Shown: positions 1-8,127 of the stretch, in pieces
How positions within the stretch are numbered: position 1 is the first letter of the stretch
Layout: each line of letters begins with the position of its first letter
IMG/VR virus record: IMGVR_UViG_643348545_000012
Length of the DNA: 22,074 nucleotides
Reading direction: 5' to 3' (one strand)
Origin: a virus
Lineage: Duplodnaviria; Heunggongvirae; Uroviricota; Caudoviricetes
Made by a program: the position numbers and the translations under genes
Notes under the pieces: generated by a model
Database searches by the model: none
Told to the model about the DNA's origin: nothing
What the model saw: only the letters and a program-made list of their open reading frames with translations

Positions 1-2109
1 TTACACCATACTGTTAACCTGGCCGGGTAATTCGCTAGCTGGAATACGAAAGGTATACCAGGCATAACGACAGCGTTTCCACAGGCTGGAGAAATGGAGA
101 TGATAAAGGCAATCTGCAATAATTTCGTTATCTGGATATAAAGACTCGGCAAAATGTGTCCAGCGCGCACTGAGTTTCATGTTAAACAGTTTTTCATCTT
201 CTTTGTTACCATACAGGCGCGACAAAGTAATCATTGCTTCGAGCGTACCTTTATTCGCTTCTTCTTGTACCTGTTGGAGGTGCAAATGAGCAAGTGAGAG
301 TTCTTTCACCTCAAAGATATTAAGTAAAAAAAGCCCCCATGCTTTTTCATGTCCAGCTTCATGAGCCAGAAATAAATTGTCAAGGAGATTTTTTTCATAA
401 ATAGCCCGTGTTTCTTTAGAAATTTCTTGTTTATTTAGTGCCTGGTAGCAGATAGCAATGCTAAAATAAATATTTTGTAGATCTTGTTGATGTTCGCTAT
501 AACCATAATTTTTTACCAGTGGATAAGATACCGAGCTATGGAAATTTAGGTCATCTTGAAGTATTTTAAGTGCCCGTCGAAAATACTCCAAAGCTGTAGA
601 TGGTTCATAAGGTAATTTTGTATTGTCTTCCTTATCCAAATATTCAAGAGCAACTAAATTTAATGCGGCAGGAATATTTCTTTGCTTACCAATTGTCGCA
701 AGCGGAATGAAATAATCAGAAAGGTCAAACCAACTCAAATCTTTTATTGCCGACCGCCAATTATGATTGTATTTAATGTCACTAGCTTTTTCCAGCCAAG
801 CATCGCCCTGCCCTTCATCTTTTTCAAAACCCAAAATACCCTCTCGCTGGAAAAACCCCCTATAAATAACAGGTGTAGCATAAGTTGTATTCTGTGAATT
901 TTGGCAGATAAAATTATATATCCAGAATGAATCTGGATAATAACTTAATGCAAATTTTATCGCGTACGCAGTGTAATAATTATTGAGCTTCATGTCTTCC
1001 ATCACCGCTCGCTGTATACAGCACCACAACTTATCGTGATCGTTCTGCTTGTTATAGCAGGCAAGTAACCACTCTAGGGCATTATGGCGACATTCCTGAA
1101 ATTGTGCGTACTGAGCAATATTCTCTGCTAAGTCGATTGCATATTGTTGCTCCTCGGGCGCAATGTCCTCAATGCTGACATCTCGGTAATCATCCCACCA
1201 AAGTAAGAGATCCATATAGTCATGTTCTTCGGTAGATAAGTGCTTACAGGTTACTGAATCCAGCAATTCGGAAATTTCTTTATGCGACCCTCCCCAGCGT
1301 AGCATTCGAAATGGTATATATTCAACAAAAGGATAAAAAGTGTGAGGAAAAATAGTCAGGCAAACAGAAAGCCAATATTTTTGCCCACCATCATCATCAT
1401 ACTCAGGAAGTATATTGGGGCGAGGCAAAACGGGGCATATTGCATGCTCAAACGAAAGTCCGGAATACGCCATCAACGCTTCCACTTCTTGCGGGGAGCG
1501 GCGGTGATAATTTTTCAGTGCGATCATTAATGGTATTCCTGCGACACTATCACCGTTAAGGTGTGCCGCCAGCCAGGCTGGCTGACCAAATACTTTTGAG
1601 TTGGTGCTGGTAAGTAATGCAGCCATCCATTGTCGTGGGTCACAATCAATTGCTTTAAGTGTAGCGATGACCATTTGTTCATTACATGCACCAGCACAAA
1701 GCCACATTGCATGTGTGGTATCATTTGCCCAGCCATAACTGCGATATAACCATGCACGGTGATTCCAGTATTGTGCTTCGGCAAGCCAGGCATGTGTAGA
1801 ATGAGGTCTTGCTTGCTGCCAGGTTTTAATGAGTCTTAAACCTTCTGTTCCGGCATCAACTAGCGTGTTCATATCATAAAAATAGTTGCACATTTGGGTC
1901 CAGGATAAAAAATAGCGCTTTTCAGCCTGACGAGAAGTGAAACTCTCCTGTAATACCTGGTTATAAATTTCATCTAGTTCCTGATAACGTTTTTCTTGTA
2001 ACATATAAGGAATATTTGCGATTTGCCATTTTCTCTCAAGAGTATTAAGTGGCATTTTTTGGTCACACATCTTTTGCATTGCACTGAGTAAACGAGCATC
2101 CTGTTCCAT
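1..2109 (-). CDS. Hypothetical large protein, third gene of AT-rich operon; contains an HEAGH (HEXXH-type) motif near the C-terminus. The ORF extends to 2148 (715 aa) but the ATG at 2109 has an AAGGA Shine-Dalgarno about 7 nt upstream and avoids a 29-nt overlap with the upstream gene.
   Basis: Long uninterrupted ORF in the track (1..2148), stop at positions 1-3; RBS read upstream of the internal Met; low GC compared with neighbouring yegQ. Function not recognised. Confidence 0.6.
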   Translation of the reverse strand: MEQDARLLSAMQKMCDQKMPLNTLERKWQIANIPYMLQEKRYQELDEIYNQVLQESFTSRQAEKRYFLSWTQMCNYFYDMNTLVDAGTEGLRLIKTWQQARPHSTHAWLAEAQYWNHRAWLYRSYGWANDTTHAMWLCAGACNEQMVIATLKAIDCDPRQWMAALLTSTNSKVFGQPAWLAAHLNGDSVAGIPLMIALKNYHRRSPQEVEALMAYSGLSFEHAICPVLPRPNILPEYDDDGGQKYWLSVCLTIFPHTFYPFVEYIPFRMLRWGGSHKEISELLDSVTCKHLSTEEHDYMDLLLWWDDYRDVSIEDIAPEEQQYAIDLAENIAQYAQFQECRHNALEWLLACYNKQNDHDKLWCCIQRAVMEDMKLNNYYTAYAIKFALSYYPDSFWIYNFICQNSQNTTYATPVIYRGFFQREGILGFEKDEGQGDAWLEKASDIKYNHNWRSAIKDLSWFDLSDYFIPLATIGKQRNIPAALNLVALEYLDKEDNTKLPYEPSTALEYFRRALKILQDDLNFHSSVSYPLVKNYGYSEHQQDLQNIYFSIAICYQALNKQEISKETRAIYEKNLLDNLFLAHEAGHEKAWGLFLLNIFEVKELSLAHLHLQQVQEEANKGTLEAMITLSRLYGNKEDEKLFNMKLSARWTHFAESLYPDNEIIADCLYHLHFSSLWKRCRYAWYTFRIPASELPGQVNSMV

Positions 2110-2119
2110 AGATATCCTT

Positions 2120-2836
2120 TTAATTAGGTTCAAAAATTTTAAATTCATTCCACGGCAATTTTTTCCAGTTACTGGATGGATCTTTCAACCATGCAGTGAC
2201 TTCCTTTAAATCACGGTTCGCAGTGGCGACGGGGGTATCGTATATCATTAACCATTTTTGTCGGGCGCGAACATAAGCACTGGCATAATCTTCCCATGAA
2301 GCGAAACAATCTTGTGCTCTTTGAGCATTCAGTAATAACACTATCCAGGCCTGGTTTTCATCGCACCAGCCTAAACCGGCGATGCAACGAGTTAAAAAAG
2401 CAGTGCGCATACAGTCAAACGCCAGCCCATCCAGAACCTGGCCTTGTGCTGCCAGTTGTTCGTAAAAATCATGTGGAGAATTACCAAGCCCTGTAGCCCA
2501 GCGCTGTAATATAACGCCAATTTGTTGACGGAAATCTTCGTTGCTTTGGTAAGTTTCTGTTCCTAGCTCTTGTTTAACCTGTAGTGCAAGTTGTTGACGC
2601 TTATCATCAGTCAACTTTAAATCTAACGTGAAGCCATTTACTGACAGTCCATTACGACGAGCAACTATATCACCAATTGCTAATGCCCACTTACGTCTCT
2701 TTGTTGCTCGTCTTTTGTCCTTGATTAGATCCTTTTCTTTTTCTTTAGCAATAAAAGCATCGATTTGTGGTTTGTTTTTTTTGTATCTATAGATAAAAAT
2801 AAATATTGCGACCAGGAGAACAATGATAAGACTCAT
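2120..2836 (-). CDS. DUF1266-like (YbeU/YbeR-like) protein with N-terminal transmembrane helix
   Basis: 238 aa ORF; N-terminus MSLIIVLLVAIFIFIY is hydrophobic; C-terminal half with W/D-rich pattern ending ...WKKLPWNEF resembles my recollection of the DUF1266 family; start codon overlaps the stop of the upstream gene by 1 nt (TAATG), suggesting translational coupling. Confidence 0.6.
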   Translation of the reverse strand: MSLIIVLLVAIFIFIYRYKKNKPQIDAFIAKEKEKDLIKDKRRATKRRKWALAIGDIVARRNGLSVNGFTLDLKLTDDKRQQLALQVKQELGTETYQSNEDFRQQIGVILQRWATGLGNSPHDFYEQLAAQGQVLDGLAFDCMRTAFLTRCIAGLGWCDENQAWIVLLLNAQRAQDCFASWEDYASAYVRARQKWLMIYDTPVATANRDLKEVTAWLKDPSSNWKKLPWNEFKIFEPN

Positions 2837-4050
2837 TATTTTTCAACCTCTGACAGGGGTAAGTAATGAGATGTCTGTAATGTCAAACTCTCTATCTCAA
2901 AGGAAATGTTGCTGATATTTTGACCTGCAAATTGCGGATGCCACTCAGCGCCAGGGAATAACATTTCCGCAGAAGTAGCAACTATAGGGTCAATAGCATT
3001 AAGATAATGTAACTTATCAGGTGCGCTGTGTAACAGTAACCACTGCAACTCCACTGAAGGATTTGTAAAATGTTCTAATAAATGAAAGTTATTATGTAGT
3101 ACGCTTAGTAAAAAACTGGTTTCGTATACTTCCGTTACATATTTCCACCCCTGATATTCAGGTGTATTTTCATAAACAATACCCATACCTTCACAATCAC
3201 TATGTCGAACTGCTTGTGGTGATAATAGTTGCAAAAGAGACAAAACATCGTCCGCATATTTTTTAACTGGATGACGATTTTGCTTACCTTTTATTTGATC
3301 AATTTCAAGTGAATCACCAACAACATTGAGAGCAATAGTAACATGAGGAATATTATTATTATCACGCAAACTGAATAACCGTAATTTATGTTGCTCAATT
3401 TGATTTGCATAATACTCACCATAACCACCGGTAAGATTTTTTCGATCATCAAACTGGCCTACGCAATGTTGCATATGCCATGATTCATAAGCCATTTCAC
3501 GACGAAGGTTCGAATGACTGGCATCAAACTCAACAATTTTTCCGTCTGGCACATCAAGTATTGACTTTACAGTATTTTGTTCACTCGGCTGCCACCCTTT
3601 CTCGCGTCGTTGAAGCATCTTTTCATGCTCTTCTTCACGCATTCTGAACGCAACGTAGCAGGTTATGCGCTGTAGTTTTGATTCCAGACGGGTACCACAT
3701 TTCCTGGAAAGAAATTCCACCAACTCCCGTTCTTTGGTTAATATTTGTTGATGATCGGTTTCGATATAATAAAGTGTCGCAGTTGATACTGAGGCAGTAT
3801 TAAACTTCGATACCAGCCATTCCGGGATTACATCATCATTTTTATTAAACAGTGAATATTCTGCAAGCGAGTTAATTTGTTGCACCATTGGAAAGTCACT
3901 AATTAGCCATCGATAAAAATGGTTGAGTAACCATTTTTGGATGGTCTCATTATCCTGGCGAAACAGACTTCTTTGCAAAATTGCTGTTTTTACTTCCGGG
4001 GCATTAATTACATCCCTTGCATTATAATTCTGGTGAATATTTCCAGTCAT
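2836..4050 (-). CDS. Hypothetical protein (404 aa), first gene of AT-rich three-gene operon
   Basis: Long ORF in track, AT-rich codon usage, divergent from yegQ; no family recognised by eye. Confidence 0.6.
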   Translation of the reverse strand: MTGNIHQNYNARDVINAPEVKTAILQRSLFRQDNETIQKWLLNHFYRWLISDFPMVQQINSLAEYSLFNKNDDVIPEWLVSKFNTASVSTATLYYIETDHQQILTKERELVEFLSRKCGTRLESKLQRITCYVAFRMREEEHEKMLQRREKGWQPSEQNTVKSILDVPDGKIVEFDASHSNLRREMAYESWHMQHCVGQFDDRKNLTGGYGEYYANQIEQHKLRLFSLRDNNNIPHVTIALNVVGDSLEIDQIKGKQNRHPVKKYADDVLSLLQLLSPQAVRHSDCEGMGIVYENTPEYQGWKYVTEVYETSFLLSVLHNNFHLLEHFTNPSVELQWLLLHSAPDKLHYLNAIDPIVATSAEMLFPGAEWHPQFAGQNISNISFEIESLTLQTSHYLPLSEVEK

Positions 4051-4537
4051 AACATCCGCCCGTGTTTATTATATCACTCAAAGCAATAATTGTTGACTAT
4101 AGATTTTTTATCTAAATCAGCATGGTTGCAGGTACATACTCAAGTAAGCCACTCAAGAAAATAACGTAAACTCAATAGTGGCAGCGTCACAAACTTTGGA
4201 AATTATGTCTTATATTTGCAGTTTATTTTAGTGAATAATTGAGATAAATGACATTATTTTACATCCTCAATAATTCAGGCTGTAAGAGGACGGCAAATAC
4301 ATTCATAATTATCAGGGGATGAACATTCAGGAAAGTAGTCAGTATCGTCAACTTTTTCTTTTATCACTACATGAAGATTTCGTGTAGATACTCCCATCTC
4401 TGCCACTTCTCCCCTCACATTTACACTGGAGCTAAACCCGCCGATTGCGCTACAATGCCCGCCCTTAAAGTGGGGGCACTCCCCTAACCGCTTCATCAGG
4501 TGAAGCGGCTCTGACCTGTCATCAGAACGAGAGAATT

Positions 4538-5899
4538 ATGTTTAAACCGGAACTCCTTTCCCCGGCGGGAACGCTGAAAAATATGCGTTACGCTTTCGCT
4601 TATGGCGCAGATGCTGTTTATGCGGGCCAGCCGCGTTACTCCCTGCGTGTACGCAACAACGAATTCAACCACGAAAATCTTCAGCTCGGCATCAATGAAG
4701 CCCACGCGCTGGGGAAAAAGTTTTATGTCGTGGTCAACATTGCACCGCACAACGCCAAGCTGAAAACCTTTATCCGTGACCTGAAACCGGTGGTGGAAAT
4801 GGGGCCGGATGCGCTGATTATGTCCGATCCAGGGCTGATTATGCTGGTGCGTGAGCACTTCCCGGAAATGCCAATCCACCTCTCGGTACAGGCTAACGCC
4901 GTAAACTGGGCGACGGTGAAATTCTGGCAGCAAATGGGTCTGACCCGCGTGATCCTCTCTCGCGAACTGTCACTGGAAGAGATTGAAGAGATCCGCAATC
5001 AGGTGCCGGATATGGAGATCGAAATCTTCGTTCACGGCGCGCTGTGCATGGCCTACTCCGGTCGCTGCCTGCTCTCTGGCTATATCAACAAGCGCGACCC
5101 GAACCAGGGCACCTGCACCAACGCCTGCCGCTGGGAGTATAACGTCCAGGAAGGGAAAGAAGATGACGTCGGCAACATCGTACACAAGTACGAGCCGATT
5201 CCGGTGCAAAATGTTGAGCCGACGCTGGGTATCGGCGCGCCAACCGACAAAGTGTTTATGATCGAAGAAGCCCAGCGTCCGGGCGAGTATATGACCGCGT
5301 TTGAAGATGAGCACGGCACTTACATCATGAACTCGAAAGATCTGCGCGCCATCGCCCATGTTGAACGCCTGACCAAAATGGGCGTGCATTCGCTGAAAAT
5401 CGAAGGCCGTACCAAATCTTTCTACTATTGCGCACGCACCGCGCAGGTTTACCGTAAAGCTATCGATGACGCCGCTGCGGGCAAACCGTTCGATACCAGC
5501 CTGCTGGAAACTCTGGAAGGTCTGGCGCATCGTGGCTATACCGAAGGTTTCCTGCGTCGTCATACCCACGACGATTATCAGAACTACGAATACGGTTATT
5601 CGGTTTCTGACCGTCAGCAGTTTGTTGGTGAGTTTACCGGTGAGCGCAAGGGGGAGCTCGCGGCGGTAGCGGTGAAAAATAAATTCTCCGTTGGCGACAG
5701 CCTTGAGCTGATGACGCCGCAAGGCAACATTAACTTTACCCTTGAGCATATGGAAAACGCCAAAGGTGAAGCGATGCCGGTCGCACCAGGCGATGGTTAT
5801 ACTGTGTGGCTCCCGGTGCCGCAGGATCTTGAGCTAAATTACGCGCTGCTGATGCGTAATTTCTCCGGGGAAACCACGCGTAACCCCCACGGTAAGTGA
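4538..5899 (+). CDS. yegQ: U32-family peptidase-like protein YegQ/TrhP (tRNA hydroxylation-associated)
   Basis: 453 aa ORF beginning MFKPELLSPAGTLKNMRYAFAYGADAVYAGQ with the EIFVHGALCMAYSGRC U32 signature; GAGAG RBS just upstream of the ATG; matches recalled E. coli YegQ in length and sequence. Confidence 0.93.
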   Translation: MFKPELLSPAGTLKNMRYAFAYGADAVYAGQPRYSLRVRNNEFNHENLQLGINEAHALGKKFYVVVNIAPHNAKLKTFIRDLKPVVEMGPDALIMSDPGLIMLVREHFPEMPIHLSVQANAVNWATVKFWQQMGLTRVILSRELSLEEIEEIRNQVPDMEIEIFVHGALCMAYSGRCLLSGYINKRDPNQGTCTNACRWEYNVQEGKEDDVGNIVHKYEPIPVQNVEPTLGIGAPTDKVFMIEEAQRPGEYMTAFEDEHGTYIMNSKDLRAIAHVERLTKMGVHSLKIEGRTKSFYYCARTAQVYRKAIDDAAAGKPFDTSLLETLEGLAHRGYTEGFLRRHTHDDYQNYEYGYSVSDRQQFVGEFTGERKGELAAVAVKNKFSVGDSLELMTPQGNINFTLEHMENAKGEAMPVAPGDGYTVWLPVPQDLELNYALLMRNFSGETTRNPHGK

Positions 5900-5931
5900 T
5901 TAATTTCGATTATTTTTCCCGGATGGAAAAT

Positions 5932-5976
5932 TCTTAGAAACCGATCACATACAGCTGCATTTATTAAGGTTATCAT
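5932..5976 (+). promoter_or_regulatory. Putative CRP-dependent promoter of cyaR (CRP half-site TCACA centred near -41.5; -10 TATCAT at 5971-5976)
   Basis: Sequence ttcttagaaaccgatcacatac resembles the CRP consensus (right half exact); TATCAT is 7 nt before the inferred cyaR 5' end. Known biology: cyaR is CRP-activated. Confidence 0.45.
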
Positions 5977-5983
5977 CCGTTTC

Positions 5984-6070
5984 GCTGAAAAACATAACCC
6001 ATAAAATGCTAGCTGTACCAGGAACCACCTCCTTAGCCTGTGTAATCTCCCTTACACGGGCTTATTTTTT
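5984..6070 (+). ncRNA. cyaR: CyaR (RyeE) Hfq-dependent small RNA, 87 nt, with Rho-independent terminator
   Basis: Sequence gctgaaaaacataacccataaaatgctagctgtaccaggaaccacctccttagcctgtgtaatctcccttacacgggcttatttttt matches the CyaR sequence as I recall it; 3' hairpin (gcctgtgtaa / ttacacgggc) followed by a T-run. Confidence 0.8.
6044..6070. repeat. P2-type attachment core (27 bp, aatctcccttacacgggcttatttttt), left prophage junction; overlaps the cyaR terminator
   Basis: Exact 27-bp direct repeat with 21402-21428; reverse complement equals the P2 att core sequence as I recall it. Confidence 0.75.
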
Positions 6071-6134
6071 ACGCGTAATACAATGAAATAAAAGGATTTA
6101 TTTCTGGTCACGTCCACACATTGACCACATCGAC

Positions 6135-6158
6135 AAAAAAGCCCCTCGACTGAGGGGC
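6135..6158 (-). terminator. Rho-independent terminator downstream of ogr (hairpin GCCCCTC-gact-GAGGGGC with T-run on the minus strand)
   Basis: Perfect 7-bp stem at 6141-6158; aaaaaa at 6135-6140 gives a U-tract on the minus strand directly after the stem. Confidence 0.6.
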
Positions 6159-6171
6159 TTTCTGTTTGTAA

Positions 6172-6390
6172 TTACATCCACATAATTTGCTGCCCTGACG
6201 GCAACGGGTGCGGCCTTACGGCGTGGACTTCTCCCGGCTTCACGATGTATCTCTGTACCGACTCATAAGTGATGAACGTGGCGCTGCAATTCACGTTCTG
6301 GCACTGGTGATAACGCTCTTTTGTCGTGTCAGTGATATAGCGGCTTGTACGCGCATGTGCGGCATGCTGGCATAAAGGACAATGAAACAT
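6172..6390 (-). CDS. ogr: Ogr-type zinc-finger late-gene transcriptional activator (72 aa)
   Basis: Internal Met of the 99-aa ORF gives MFHCPLCQHAAHARTSRYITDTTKERYHQCQNVNCSATF..., a C-x2-C...C-x4-C zinc finger matching P2 Ogr / E. coli OgrK. Confidence 0.9.
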   Translation of the reverse strand: MFHCPLCQHAAHARTSRYITDTTKERYHQCQNVNCSATFITYESVQRYIVKPGEVHAVRPHPLPSGQQIMWM

Positions 6391-6470
6391 CGCGAGCACC
6401 TCTTCCGGTTTTGTTAATGGTGCCATTTTATTTAATTTATCCTTATAAAACAAACAGATAAAACAAAACA

Positions 6471-7634
6471 TTAATCATCATCTTCTGTTTCGTACTCCAC
6501 ATCAGAAAGCCTGACCTCAAGCTCTAAGGACGTCGTGAAGCCGCTATTATTCAGAAAATGTGTCACCTTAGTGATTGTCCAGTCCTGCTCGTCTATGACG
6601 CGCTTAAAGCCTGACACTCTGACCGGTGTTTCCGTGTAAATATCAGCACGACCAGTGGCAAGGCTGATGGAGAACTCCGCAACGCCCCGTTGCAGTTTAT
6701 CCCACTTCGCCTGAGCGGCGCGCATGGCCTGCGCTTTCGTGGCATATACCGTGGTCAGGGCAAAAACGTTGTCAGCTTCACCGGCCATGTATTCACCTTC
6801 GCGCGCTTCCGGTACTTTTGGCGCTTTCTTCTGCGTGACTGGTTTCGCTTTCGGGTGCTCCAGTGCGCGCAGGTGTTTCTCTTTCTTTTTGCGTTTCAGT
6901 TTTACCTTCTGCTTTTGCGGCTTCGGGTCTTTGGTGTGTAACCACTTTGCCGTTACGCCGGTATAGGCTCCACGGTCAGCAATCGCAAAATGATGGCGGT
7001 CGCCGTCGCTGCGGGTTATGGTGACCTGCGGGATTTTTTTACCGCTGGCCGTCACCCCCTGCCCCGCTTTGAGAAACAACAGTTTTCCCATTTTTACCGA
7101 CACCTCACCGCCGTTGCGTTCTGCAAGACGGGTCAGGAATTTCGCATCAGACTCCTGCGACTGGTCGATGTGCGGGATTTTAATTCCGGCCAGTGACGGC
7201 GCGACACTGGCTTCCAGCCTGTTACGGGAGGCTATCGCCTCAACAATCGCACCGAGCGTGGTGTCATGCCATGACCCTTCACGGCGGGAATTGAGCGTCC
7301 CGCGAAAATCTGCACTCCGGGCGCGGATGGTGACCACATCCGGTGCGCCCCGGTGTTCAACCTCATCAACGGTAAATTTCCCTTTGCATACCAGGGCAAA
7401 ACCTTTCCAGCCGATATACACCTTCAGAACAGCACCACGAACCGGCAGTTCGACCTGCCCGTCGGCATCGTTCAGTTCAATATCAAGCTGGTCAGCCTCA
7501 AAGCCCCGGTTATCCGTCAGGGTCATGCTCATCAGACGGTCGCTGATATTGCCGGTAATATCCCTGCTGTCGAGCATCAGCATGTAATCCGGCGTCAGCG
7601 TACTGCCTGCATCAAATGTCAGCGCATCCAGCAT
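6471..7634 (-). CDS. D: P2-like tail protein D (late control gene D product)
   Basis: 387 aa ORF, same length and gene order as P2 gpD (immediately upstream of ogr). Confidence 0.9.
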   Translation of the reverse strand: MLDALTFDAGSTLTPDYMLMLDSRDITGNISDRLMSMTLTDNRGFEADQLDIELNDADGQVELPVRGAVLKVYIGWKGFALVCKGKFTVDEVEHRGAPDVVTIRARSADFRGTLNSRREGSWHDTTLGAIVEAIASRNRLEASVAPSLAGIKIPHIDQSQESDAKFLTRLAERNGGEVSVKMGKLLFLKAGQGVTASGKKIPQVTITRSDGDRHHFAIADRGAYTGVTAKWLHTKDPKPQKQKVKLKRKKKEKHLRALEHPKAKPVTQKKAPKVPEAREGEYMAGEADNVFALTTVYATKAQAMRAAQAKWDKLQRGVAEFSISLATGRADIYTETPVRVSGFKRVIDEQDWTITKVTHFLNNSGFTTSLELEVRLSDVEYETEDDD

Positions 7635-8113
7635 TATCCCGCCCCCGTCATACCCGTGAATCTGGTCGCCACACTGCCAGCCTTACCGATGAGCGATTCC
7701 GCCTGTTTACCGATATCGCCATAAAGCGCGGCCAGTGATTCATCCACGCGGGTGAGCGACAGCGTAAAATCAATTTTCCGGGGTGTGCCGTCTGCAAAGA
7801 AAATACTCCCTGTTTCACTCACCCTGCTGATGACATACATGCCGTAAATCATGCCGGTGCCATCCAGCAACGGCCACGCCCGGCCTTCCTCTGCCATCAG
7901 CCTGAGCGTGGTCATCGTCAGCTTCCCGCCGGTCAGTTCGGGATAAAGCACGCCGGCAAGCGTCATGTTTTCCTCACCCACACCGAGAAACTGAAAGGCA
8001 TCCCGTTTACCGATACGGGAATTTGACGGCCAGCGATAATCTGATTCACGCTGCATGGTCTGGTGTGGCAGCGTCTGGCGCATAAAAACAAACATACCTA
8101 ACGCGAGCATCAT
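7634..8113 (-). CDS. U: P2-like tail protein U
   Basis: 159 aa ORF; position between T and D; stop overlaps the D start (coupled). Confidence 0.88.
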   Translation of the reverse strand: MMLALGMFVFMRQTLPHQTMQRESDYRWPSNSRIGKRDAFQFLGVGEENMTLAGVLYPELTGGKLTMTTLRLMAEEGRAWPLLDGTGMIYGMYVISRVSETGSIFFADGTPRKIDFTLSLTRVDESLAALYGDIGKQAESLIGKAGSVATRFTGMTGAG

Positions 8114-8127
8114 TTTTCGTCACCTCC

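Noticed and set aside
4275-5749. Minus-strand ORFs 4275-4496, 4496-4933, 4723-4998, 4970-5749 and plus-strand 4983-5261, 5466-5669
   Set aside because: Overlap or lie antisense to the well-supported yegQ gene or its leader; no independent coding signal.
6690-7724. Plus-strand ORFs inside the D gene region
   Set aside because: Antisense to the strongly supported tail gene D; no start or RBS context.
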